NCBI GenBank assembly: GCA_001938485.1
Contig: MQRK01251253.1
Span: 16,680-80,679, forward strand
Reading direction: 5' to 3'
From: Girardia tigrina
Lineage: Eukaryota
Length of the DNA stretch: 64,000 nt
This document shows positions 39,201 to 47,153 of this stretch, piece by piece. Every line of letters starts with the position of its first letter. Positions within the stretch are counted from its first letter, which is position 1. The notes under the pieces were generated by a model. It did no database searches, was not told the DNA's origin, and saw only the letters and a program-made list of their open reading frames with translations. The translations under genes were made by a program, and so were the position numbers.

Positions 39201-42200
39201 TAAAAAATAACAGCAATACGTTAATAATGGCTATAGGAATATACAGCTAGGCATAAGATTTCAAATAATATCTAACACTAATGTACAGTGCGTTCAGAAA
39301 GTCACTGTGCACCTTTCATTGTCTGGTTTATTTTTAGATAATCAGCGTTGTAGCAGACTTTTTAAATGCAAATTTCTATGAAATCGAACTATGAAATAGA
39401 TTCGTGAACAAAAAACATACCTACACACTTTGACCTTGACACTGGGCGTTTTAATTTTTTTAAAAAAAATATCATTTTGATATTCAATCTAATCATTGAC
39501 GAAAGTCAATTTATTGCGAAGTTAATTCCAATTGAAAATGGTTTTGTCAACGGAGGAGAGAATATTTTTGATTGAACATGTCTTTCGTGCGAATGATGAG
39601 TACACAGAAGCAGTGAAGGAAAAATTTGCCGAAAAGTTTCCCGCAACAGCAATACCTCATCGAAATGCAGTTCGAGCGTTAGTGAACAAGTTCAGAGAAA
39701 CTGGATCCGTGCATGATGCCTCCCGCTCAAGTCGACCAACGATTTTAACGGATCAAAAAGTCAATGTTATTTCGAAAGCCATGAGCCAGAGTCCAACAAA
39801 GTCAATGCGCCGTTTATCTCAAGAAGTGAGTGTATCCGTTGGAACTGCACATNNNNNNNNNNNNNNNNNNNNNNNNNNNNNNNNNNNNNNNNNNNNNNNN
39901 NNAAAACTTTAAGCTTATATCCATATCGTGTTACTTGTCAACATGAGTTGAAAGACACAGACTTTGAAAAGTGACTCCAGTTTTGTCATTGGTTCAAGGA
40001 AAATCTGAATGAGGATGACATTCTCGACGATACTTTTTTTCCGATGAAGCGTGGTTTCATTTGTCTGGATATGTGAGTAGCCAAAATTCTCGAGTTTGGT
40101 CCAGTGAAAATCCGCATGAATTTGGTGAGAAGCCTCTGCATCCTTGAAAGTTGGAGTATGGTGTGCCATGTCCAGGAGGCGTGTAATTGGTCCCATCTTT
40201 TTTACTGAAACCATAACATCAGAAAGGTACTGCAAGGAAATCCTTTCTGCTTTCATCGACCAGTTAACTAAAGAAGAACGATCGACTGGCTATTTTCGCA
40301 GGATGGTGCAACAGCACATACCGCAAACATTTAGCTTCGTTTTTTGAATGAGATCTTCCCGAAGAGAATCATTTCCAAAGGAATTTGGCCGCCAAGATCC
40401 CCAGATCTAAGTGTTTNNNNNNNNNNNNNNNNNNNNNNNNNNNNNNNNNNNNNNNNNNNNNNNNNNNNNNNNNNNNNNNNNNNNNNNNNNNNNNNNNNNN
40501 NNNNNNNNNNNNNNNNNNNNNNNNNNNNNNATCGAGTGTTCGAAAACTTGAAACGTCGAATTAACGTTTGTATTCACGAACTTGGTGGGCATTTCCAGCA
40601 GATGTTGTGACTCTTTTCTTGTTATTTTTAATAAATTAAGAGACGGTCAAAAGAAGAGTAATTATTAAAATTAAGATTTAGAAAGGAATTAATAAATATT
40701 TTTTCAGTACTAATTATAATAATTCATTTCGTTTGAAATATTACTTAAAATGTTTTTATTCCTCAAAGATTATTTTAAGGACAAATTTTTTCTACGGCAA
40801 TTGTTTTCTACAGGGTGTCGGATAAGCAGAGCCTCACCTTCAAAAATACAGTCGATGTCCACAGAACGCAAAACTTTGTAACACTATTTCATTTTTTCAA
40901 TTTGTTTTAGGTATCTAGATTAAAATTGTTATGAATTATAATACATTTGTATAGGGAAACTTTATTTTAGTAAAATAAACATAAAAATATGGTTTCGATT
41001 AACAGCCTTTTACTTTACGCTATGTTTTTAGGAACAAATTAACCGCGTTAAACGAACATTATCTGTACATAATAACTATTGCATCTTACAAATATTATAT
41101 TTACAAATATTATATTAATGATTGATTTATTTATAATTTGATTCCCAAAACACGTTTTGCTTTTGATGAAATTGATCACTTGGTTAGGACTAGTGATCTT
41201 GATACAACCATTTCTGTGAGAAATATTTATTGAAAATATTTTGTCATATATTGAAATTAATTAACAAAATAAAATAGTATTAGCATATAAAATATGTAAA
41301 ACAACATTTAAATCAATTAAATGTCTTGCGATTAAAAAGTTTAAATAAATAAATATAAAAAAAATGAATAAAAAAGCAAGACCCTTTGGAAAAATGTGGA
41401 CTGCTGAATCAAGTGGTTCTATTAGAAGATAAATTATAATTTCGTTTTAGATGAATTTTCTTATAAAATGATAAACGGGCTTCCTTCAGATTCTTTTCAG
41501 TCGGACAGTGCTTTTGATGGTGGTTTCAAGTATAGAGAGGTACATTCCACAAAATCCGATAAGCAACTATCATTTTATTCTAATTTAACTATTCCTAAGA
41601 TTCAAAAAACGAATATTTTAGTCAATATCCCAGAAAGAGGAAGCAGAGCGCCGTTCCTATGGATCCAGAGATCTTTACAGCAGTCAATCGTATATATTTT
41701 CCAATAAAAATAGTAATAATGCATTTTCCTTTGATTTTCTTTCATGCCAAAAATTGTGATTTGTAATATTCTTAAATTTATTAAGAGTTTTAAAATACAT
41801 GTGACAAAGAGAATAAGATATTATATTCATTTCAATCTTAAATAAAAATGCGTAAATTTCTGGTGCCCTTGGTCTGATAAACTGCCGACCCAATCAACCG
41901 GGTCGCATGAAAATGGAAAAGTGCTTAATGATGATTGCAGTCTTGAGTCGTATATATTTTATAAATTTTAATTATTATTATTCATAATTATTAATTTAGG
42001 TAAAACTGCTTCTAGTATAGCATCTGTTATTTGCGATTGTATTTTGGATTAAATATGTTTCAATAGCAAAATTATCATTAAAGAATGTCGATCGTACGAT
42101 AAAATAAATAGTTTTACAGATATTCGATTTAAAATTAATTTATTATTGTTTGTGAGATGGTATAAATACATCCTTTTACTCTTACTTTCTTTTATTTCTT

Positions 42201-43810
42201 AATACCTTTTATTTTAATAATATTTAGTGTAACATTCTGCTTGATTTTATTTGGCTTAGTTTATATTTTTTTAAATTATTGTAAGCAAACTTTTTATTTA
42301 TTAAATTTGTCTGGTTCATTATATCGATATTTTTTTAAAAAAAATTTCTATTGTTATTAGTTTTAGCACTTATTACCTAAACTTCTACAGTTGGTTCTCA
42401 AATTCTTCTGTAAATCTCAAACATTATTTATAACTCTAACTTTATGATAAAAAATAAAAATATTCTGGTCTGTAAGCAATGATTATTAGTTTTGGAAGCA
42501 AAACTTTGAGCTTAAGTTCAAATAAGTCTTCTTAGTTATATACAGTTGAAGGTGTGATTAATAACTCAGTACAATTTACAAATAAAACTAATAATCTAAT
42601 ATATATTATTAATAATTCTATATTTTTAATTCTCATATACTTTTGAATTACGAAATTAATATAATTTCAGTAATCATTTATTAACTCCCCTAAATTTGCA
42701 ACAAAGTTCGTTCTTAACAGAACATCGTCAGGTGGCTCTTCCAATGTAAGAACAAAATCATGTTTCACGAAGGTTAAACATTAAATGATTATTCTACAAA
42801 ATAAATATATATGATAGTAATTATAATTATTAAAAATATTTTTTTATTATTATATATTACTAATTTAAACTTATAATTACTTTTTGTTTGCTTATTAAAT
42901 ATTCCATATTTATGGATGATTAAGCGTCATAAAAAGTCTTCATTGAACCAATTTAATAATATCCTCTTTTTGAAAGTTGCCAAATTTTAAAATTCAATCG
43001 GATATTATAAATTAATCTTAAATCCAAATGTCAAAAAATATAAAAATTTGTGAAGTTTTGTTTAAATTATTTTATTTATTATAGCAATATAATAAATTTT
43101 CTTATACCATAAAAACATTTAATAAATCATGCCATAATATAGTAATAACTATCCATGTGTTTGTGGTCCCTAAGTTACCCCAGAGAACTGCCGTTAAGGT
43201 CGTATGATTTTAAAAATTTTCTTATTTTTTCCAACTCATATCGTTTTGAAAAATTGTTTCTCAACAAAAAAAAGAAAATCCTTTACGAATTCTTAAAATT
43301 TTATTTTCAAAAAATATTTTTATCATCACTCTCGAAATTCGCTCTTTAATCACACAGTCTTTCTCGAAATTTCACAACAAAATGCATACGTCAGAATAAA
43401 AAAAATCAAATTTTATCATCTTAAACTTTATCGTTACTCAAAAAATCAGTCATTCACGCATTTTGAATGGGTTGATAAAATAATCATGCTGAGGACTTTA
43501 GAAGCTATGAATTATGGTGAAAAGGACCAAAATTCCTATACAAGTGTAATGAAAGATGAAAAAATAAACGAGAAATAGTGGCAAAAGAAAATTAAAACAA
43601 AGAAAAAAGAAATCACCTCAACAACGCTCGGATACCGTCTTTTTGGAAATATTAAAAACTTCTTGGAGCCAGAGATCGTCAGTAGCTGGTGGAAATTAAA
43701 GTATTCGATGGCTTGGGTTTTACCATGGAAAAAAACTGAAGGTGAAATATAATGTAAGGTGAAAAATCTCCTCGATGTGATGATTTTTCTTGATGTATAC
43801 ATATATATAG

Positions 43811-43858
<48 letters not shown>

Positions 43859-45277
43859 AATTTATAGTTTAAAAAATGTGTAAACGAAATTTTGAAAAGC
43901 GGAATTAATGAAAGATCTCAATATCACACCGATTCACGATAACAACGATTTGAAAATGTAAAGCGAAAGGATTTGTGTAGAATTTATCATTTGCTTCAAC
44001 GATTTCAGATTTGGATCGATAATAAATGATACTCGAACTCGAGCTGTTATGAGAAAAACGATGTTGTCACTCGAAAATACTTACAGGATAAAATCATGCT
44101 ACAACTACATTACTTTTCATTTGTAACGAATTTATATTTTTGGCCTTGAGTCTTAGAGAAAAACTATTACAAAAATGTATAAATCGTACCGCCGGTCAAA
44201 TGACCAGTCGTGGTAGGTAAGACAGTCTACAAATTTTTGTCAGAAAATAAACAATAAAAAATAAGTGAATATTGAAAAATGTTTCATACATATATATGAG
44301 GAAAAGTCATAAAGTTTAAAGGCGATTCGCTTACGTTGAATGTAAGAAATTCCAATTGAAAATTTAAAAACGGTCATTTGACCGGTCCCGGTAGAAATAG
44401 TGTTAAACAACCTTGTAAAAATTATTTATTGTTTTTATATTTATATTCACATATTATATCCATGTTTCAGGGCTTTGTGATAATGAAATGTTTCCACTTT
44501 TTAAGTCTTACACAATAGTACTTCAAATGTAATTGAATGAATTACTATATAAATTATAACATTGTCTATAGAAGATTTTGTGGATAAATTAGAAGTACTG
44601 AATAATAGTAATTGAATAATATTACATTGTTTCAAATTTAAAATTTCACTAAAATAAAATTATTTGATGAGTGAAAATAATTTNNNNNNNNNNNNNNNNN
44701 NNNNNNNNNNNNNNNNNNNNNNNNNNNNNNNNNNNNNNNNNNNNNNNNNNNNNNNNNNNNNNNNNNNNNNNNNNNNNNNNNNNNNNNNNNNNNNNNNNNN
44801 NNNNNNNNNNNNNNNNNNNNNNNNNNNNNNNNNNNNNNNNNNNNNNNNNNNNNNNNNNNNNACTTTTTAAAGAAACTAACCTTTTTAAAGAAATAGTTTA
44901 CCATTTATAGATTAATTCAATGAAATAATAACAATTTTTCTAGATTTTTTAATATTAACTGTATATGTTCTAAATTATTAATTAAAATAACATTCGAACT
45001 CTTACTAGCAATGCAAAGAGCTGCATCCTCGTCATACTTCTCTGGACAGTCAGCTTCGCCATCGCAAATAAAGTCGAAGGATAAGCATTGTCCAGGTGTT
45101 TTGCAAGGCCAAGGTGCGCTTTCAGGACATCCGTTACCCGACTTAATTTCTCCTGGAAAATTATAATTTTTACATTTAAAGATATTAATACCCAATACTT
45201 TTATTAAACATGTTGTAACATTCCGAAGTGTACACAGACACCACAATAACAAGTGTGAGGTACCAACATCCACTCAT
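13266..45277 (-). CDS. Prohormone-4 / IDLSRF-like neuropeptide precursor, 179 aa; join(45277..45199,45152..45006,20856..20743,13465..13266)
   Basis: Four exons with GT-AG borders, all phase 1, 540 nt in total: MSGCWYLTLVIVVSVYTSEC-YNMFN-KR-EIKSGNG-CPESAPWPCKTPGQCLSFDFICDGEADCPEKYDEDAALC-IAKDRPP...ESPTISDFAKSIDL...VMEAVRDG...LLFSRIVKTGFIKNI*. Matches, from recall, the arthropod prohormone-4 layout (signal, peptide-KR, LDLa, AKRPP, ESQTIEDF..AVENGD..LEKLVNTGFLD). Confidence 0.88.
13755..14115 (-). mobile_element. PLE fragment (RT thumb/linker region)
   Basis: RIWNISST..LKSRLANNGY..LKLQYSERAQEFKK..IIFTTNK..YFTNKSKT, parallel to the NGYS / VPYS / SKS linker of the other PLE copies. Confidence 0.55.
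14260..15179 (-). mobile_element. Degenerate ITmD37E (DD37E)-like Tc1/mariner-superfamily transposase
   Basis: MSSETASRELIIRLFQENP, KTYKGQTVPGRNANKN, IMDDETY, YVKECLQKHLLPFI, F*PDLA*CHYGK, PSNCP*LCPIERY; several stops and frameshifts. Confidence 0.75.
17290..17910 (+). mobile_element. 5'-truncated PLE, GIY-YIG endonuclease region
   Basis: VYQYTCNVCNATYIGETARYLCKRVQEY..SNIAEH..FKIL..CEALFIRSCDPKINVQ..LFRVFD*. Confidence 0.8.
17973..18015 (+). ncRNA. Minimal type I hammerhead ribozyme in the PLE 3' pLTR
   Basis: Stem I gtgat/atcac, core CTGATGA plus an extra T, stem II gacgg-ttaaa-ccgtc, GAAA, palindromic TATA helix III, predicted AUU cleavage triplet; about 65 nt downstream of the PLE stop. 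Confidence 0.75.
18081..18300 (+). mobile_element. 3' half of an LTR (family B), ending ...gtgttcttaata
   Basis: Collinear with 29225-29442. Confidence 0.6.
19708..20683 (-). mobile_element. Degenerate, internally deleted mariner
   Basis: MEKAEIRTIMKYEFL..NINSVF N-terminus; C-terminal (W)QKCIDNMGAYFDE; TIR ttaggttgttaagtatgagattt with a decayed counterpart near 19708; related to 26275-27480. Confidence 0.75.
20743..20856 (-). CDS. Prohormone-4-like, coding exon 3
   Basis: ttctttag|aa gac aga cca ... ttg att g|gtaaat; (K)DRPPAVIMEQFITKWKDWFIPNILPNKPIKTIATLLI(E); 114 bp, phase 1-1; too short for the ORF track. Confidence 0.85.
22510..22623 (-). mobile_element. LTR 5' fragment (family A/B-related)
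   Basis: ccatctgagtatgagagacacaattccaaatcaaca resembles the LTR core ccatctgagtaggagagtcacaaatc. Confidence 0.5.
23313..23692 (-). mobile_element. DINE-1/HINE-like (Helentron-type) non-autonomous element
   Basis: Sub-terminal IRs tacaagcttttat (23333) / ataaaagtttgta (23680); internal IR cccacttccc / gggaagtggg; GTCT microsatellite near the 5' end; hairpin ccaaaa-aaaa-ttttgg beyond the 3' IR; T-rich insertion site. Confidence 0.5.
24629..24673. repeat. (TA)n microsatellite
   Basis: Direct observation; similar tracts, often abutting 50-N gaps, at about 8361-8392, 9737-9759, 26138-26275, 31916-31942, 36130-36277, 43818-43854 and 60511-60590. Confidence 0.95.
25720..26133 (+). mobile_element. 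Mariner 3' fragment (different subfamily)
   Basis: IEVLL*PADSPDLDSSDFHLFRAMAYF..NRGIEQLTERWLKTIENKGL; TIR-like aaacttttgaatcacct then TA repeat. Confidence 0.7.
26275..27480 (+). mobile_element. Degenerate mariner, same family as 19708-20683
   Basis: 5' region matches the reverse of 20580-20680; PILFHNNAKSY, HPYSPD*A, QKCFDNIGHTL remnants. Confidence 0.7.
29004..29442 (+). mobile_element. Solo LTR (family B), TG...TA
   Basis: Starts tgtgaggaat, ends gtgttcataata; perfect TSD cagac (28999-29003 / 29443-29447). Confidence 0.8.
31946..32625 (+). mobile_element. 5'-truncated PLE (second family) with a 5' inverted pLTR copy
   Basis: ANLVYKFACQGCKT/YIGETNRHLKTRIHEY ... YEQRFWESFLLRHYNSLINIQ..KIFN*; 31946-32028 is the reverse complement of the 3' tail 32565-32625. 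Confidence 0.75.
33501..33575. mobile_element. hAT-like terminal fragment
   Basis: taggggcgcaccgaa terminus followed by ccggc/gccgg sub-terminal repeats; other end not found. Confidence 0.35.
36278..36380 (-). mobile_element. Isolated mariner right end (TIR plus about 75 bp) inserted in (TA)n
   Basis: Direct near-identical copy of 38075-38177 (ttaggttggtcg..gaaccgttggcat). Confidence 0.85.
36379..37813 (+). mobile_element. Gypsy/Ty3 pol remnant: RNase H plus integrase, ending in PPT
   Basis: YCITRKELLAIYYF..FLLRTDHKPI; HKMLCH..CINCQ zinc motif; IYIDFCGPF; HVDRGKTF; SSAYHHNANGFIE; PPT gaggggga 37806-37813. Confidence 0.9.
37814..38074 (+). mobile_element. Gypsy 3' LTR (family A), truncated by mariner insertion at TA
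   Basis: Directly follows the PPT; matches the 5' part of solo LTRs 7759, 11059 and 53110. Confidence 0.85.
38075..39283 (-). mobile_element. Cecropia-subfamily (Hsmar1-like) mariner; transposase 39175-38152 with one stop and one frameshift
   Basis: KIRAIFLYEFKLGRKA, WVPLDL, IVTCDDKW, DNARPH, HPPYSPDLSPKDF (D,D34D); right TIR ttaggttggtcgaaaaataatggcgg; left TIR lost at the 39284 insertion. Confidence 0.92.
39286..40610 (+). mobile_element. rosa/maT-like (DD37-41D class) Tc1/mariner element; transposase from ATG 39538, disrupted
   Basis: TA + cagtgcgttcagaaagtcactgtgcac TIR; LVNKFRETGSV, FSDEAWFHLSGYV, KVGVWCAMS, QDGATAHTA, WPPRSPDLS, GGHFQQML; third catalytic D falls in an N gap. Confidence 0.85.
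44190..44406. mobile_element. piggyBac-like non-autonomous element end
   Basis: Inverted ccggtcaaatgacc (44192) / ggtcatttgaccgg (44372); terminus ..ggtagaaatagtg followed by TTAA. Confidence 0.4.
45006..45152 (-). CDS. Prohormone-4-like, coding exon 2 (LDL-receptor class A domain)
   Basis: ttttccag|ga ... gct a|gtaag; six-Cys LDLa CPESAPWPCKTPGQCLSFDFICDGEADCPEKYDEDAALC; 147 bp, phase 1-1. Confidence 0.92.
45199..45277 (-). CDS. Prohormone-4-like, coding exon 1 (signal peptide plus short peptide)
   Basis: ATG 45277; MSGCWYLTLVIVVSVYTSECYNMFNK + a|gtattg donor; 46-nt intron; the splice creates the KR site. Confidence 0.75.
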
Positions 45278-45506
45278 CTAAATGCATAATCAGAAATAAT
45301 TAAATCAGAACCTAGAAAATATAAAGTAATAAACGGTTATAAAAAATTCACATTCAGATTAAAATTTATCATTATTTTATAATCTTTTTAGTACATTCAG
45401 TGAGTTTCCTTCGTAATTAAAAAATGTAAAAATATTAATTATAATTTAATATAAAACAATTGTGATAAAAATATTCATTCGAAAATAACATAATATGATT
45501 TAAATA

Positions 45507-46260
45507 TTGATAAGTATTCATAAGTTAATGAATTTACTTCATAAAAATGGATATTCCAAATCGATGGTTGAAAAATTAACTCGTGAAACTGTCGATAAAT
45601 TAATTAAATCGGAAAATGAAAATGAAAAATCAAATACAATAAATATCGACAAAAACAAAAATAAGATAAATAATAATTATGATAATATTGGTTTTGTTTT
45701 GACTGTTCCCTACTCTGAGGGTTTCAGGAAATTCAAAAACTCTATTTTGAAACATGATGAAAATAATTTATTAAATTTACAAATTGTATCTAGATCATGT
45801 AAAATAGGAAGTTTGTTTAGTAGTAAATCTATCACTCCAACTGGGTTATGTTCCAATTTAGTTTATTAATATAAATGTAATGGGTGTGACGCCACATACA
45901 TCGAAGAGACTTGTCGTCATCTCTGTAAACGGATTCAGGAACATAATCGCAGGGAAAGTGACAGCAATATTGCTCAACATAAGAAGAACTATTTGAATAG
46001 TAAAGTTAATGTAAGTAATTTTAAGATTTTGTGTTCACAATTTGATAATTACTGGGAGAAGGTGATGTGTAAAGCATTGTTGATCCAATCTTTTGATCCT
46101 AAAATCAATGTCCAAACACCATCCTCTTCAACTTTATTGAAAGTATTTTCATGATTTAAATGACATAATGATTACATAACCATTGATTTGATATATAAAC
46201 GTGAGTATATCATTGTTAATTCAGTCTTATGACCGTCGAAATTAATTACAATATATTCTG
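45507..46260 (+). mobile_element. 5'-truncated PLE (linker plus GIY-YIG), decayed pLTR/hammerhead at 3'
   Basis: LLHKNGYSKS, LTVPYSEG, SNLVY*YKCNGCDATYIEETCRHLCKRIQEH ... DPKINVQ; cttatga-ccgtcgaaa remnant near 46226. Confidence 0.85.
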
Positions 46261-46729
46261 ACGAAAATATTTTGACTTTTAAAAATTCATTATCGTCATT
46301 TTTTAAATATTTATATGATTTAAATATATATATTTTTTTGATTTTTAGTAAATAAGTCATTTGGATAAATTTAATAATTTTACATTTTTAAAAAATAATT
46401 TGATTAATTATTACGTTAAATTATTTTACTAAAATAATTTATTTTATAACATAATTTTAATTATTTTTGTAAAACATATTTTACTATTTTAAACATATAT
46501 TAGAAAATGGAAAATAATAGCATTAGACAATTGAAAGAAAAAATAACAGCCCCAAAATGTGGTACATCCAATTAGTAGTAAAAATAACATAGAAAACATA
46601 ATTTAATTATCCAAATGAAATTTATATTGAATATGAAACATGTTATAAAGATATTTTTTTCAAATAAATTTCCATATACATTAACACCTGTTTTCCAGAA
46701 CATTTGAATAATTCAAGCGGTATTTAGGT

Positions 46730-47153
46730 TAGATGGGAAAATTCAGAATGCTGTAAGTTTGATGTTTGTATGCTGTTTAGATTTGTGACTCTCCTACTCA
46801 GATGGGATTGATATGTTATTGAGTAATTATTTAAATCTAATGAGATTAATGTTTAAATACAAGTTAATAAAAAGTTTTTTAATAAACGATTTTTTTTTAA
46901 TATTTTTAATAAACGATTTAACTTGAATTTAATATAATGTTTATTTTAAAATTTACTTAATATATTTTTATCCAATAAAATTTTGAGAAATTAAAAGTTA
47001 ATATTATTACTATCTCATTAATTAATTAAATATTTGAATATATAAACAAAAAACATTAATCAAGAACGATGCTTTCCACAGAGAGTGCTATTGAAAATGA
47101 ATCTGTTTATGTTGTCAATAAATGTGTTCATGCATAGTGTAATGTTGCTAATA
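46730..47153 (+). mobile_element. Diverged solo LTR (family A)
   Basis: Core tttagatttgtgactctcctactcagatgggattgatatg; ends tgttgctaata; imperfect TSD taggt/tagga. Confidence 0.7.

Noticed and set aside
36660-40256. Antisense or alternative-frame ORFs overlapping Gypsy, mariner and rosa coding regions
   Set aside because: Shadow frames of the TE genes
44917-45273. The ORF-track protein MDVGTSHLL...LLFH as a single-exon gene
   Set aside because: Only 45152-45006 is coding in that frame; the signal peptide is in another frame across a 46-nt intron and the tail is intronic
46520-46570. Minus-strand MYHILGLLFFLSIV as an alternative signal-peptide exon
   Set aside because: It ends in an in-frame stop with no usable donor; exon 45277-45199 fits better
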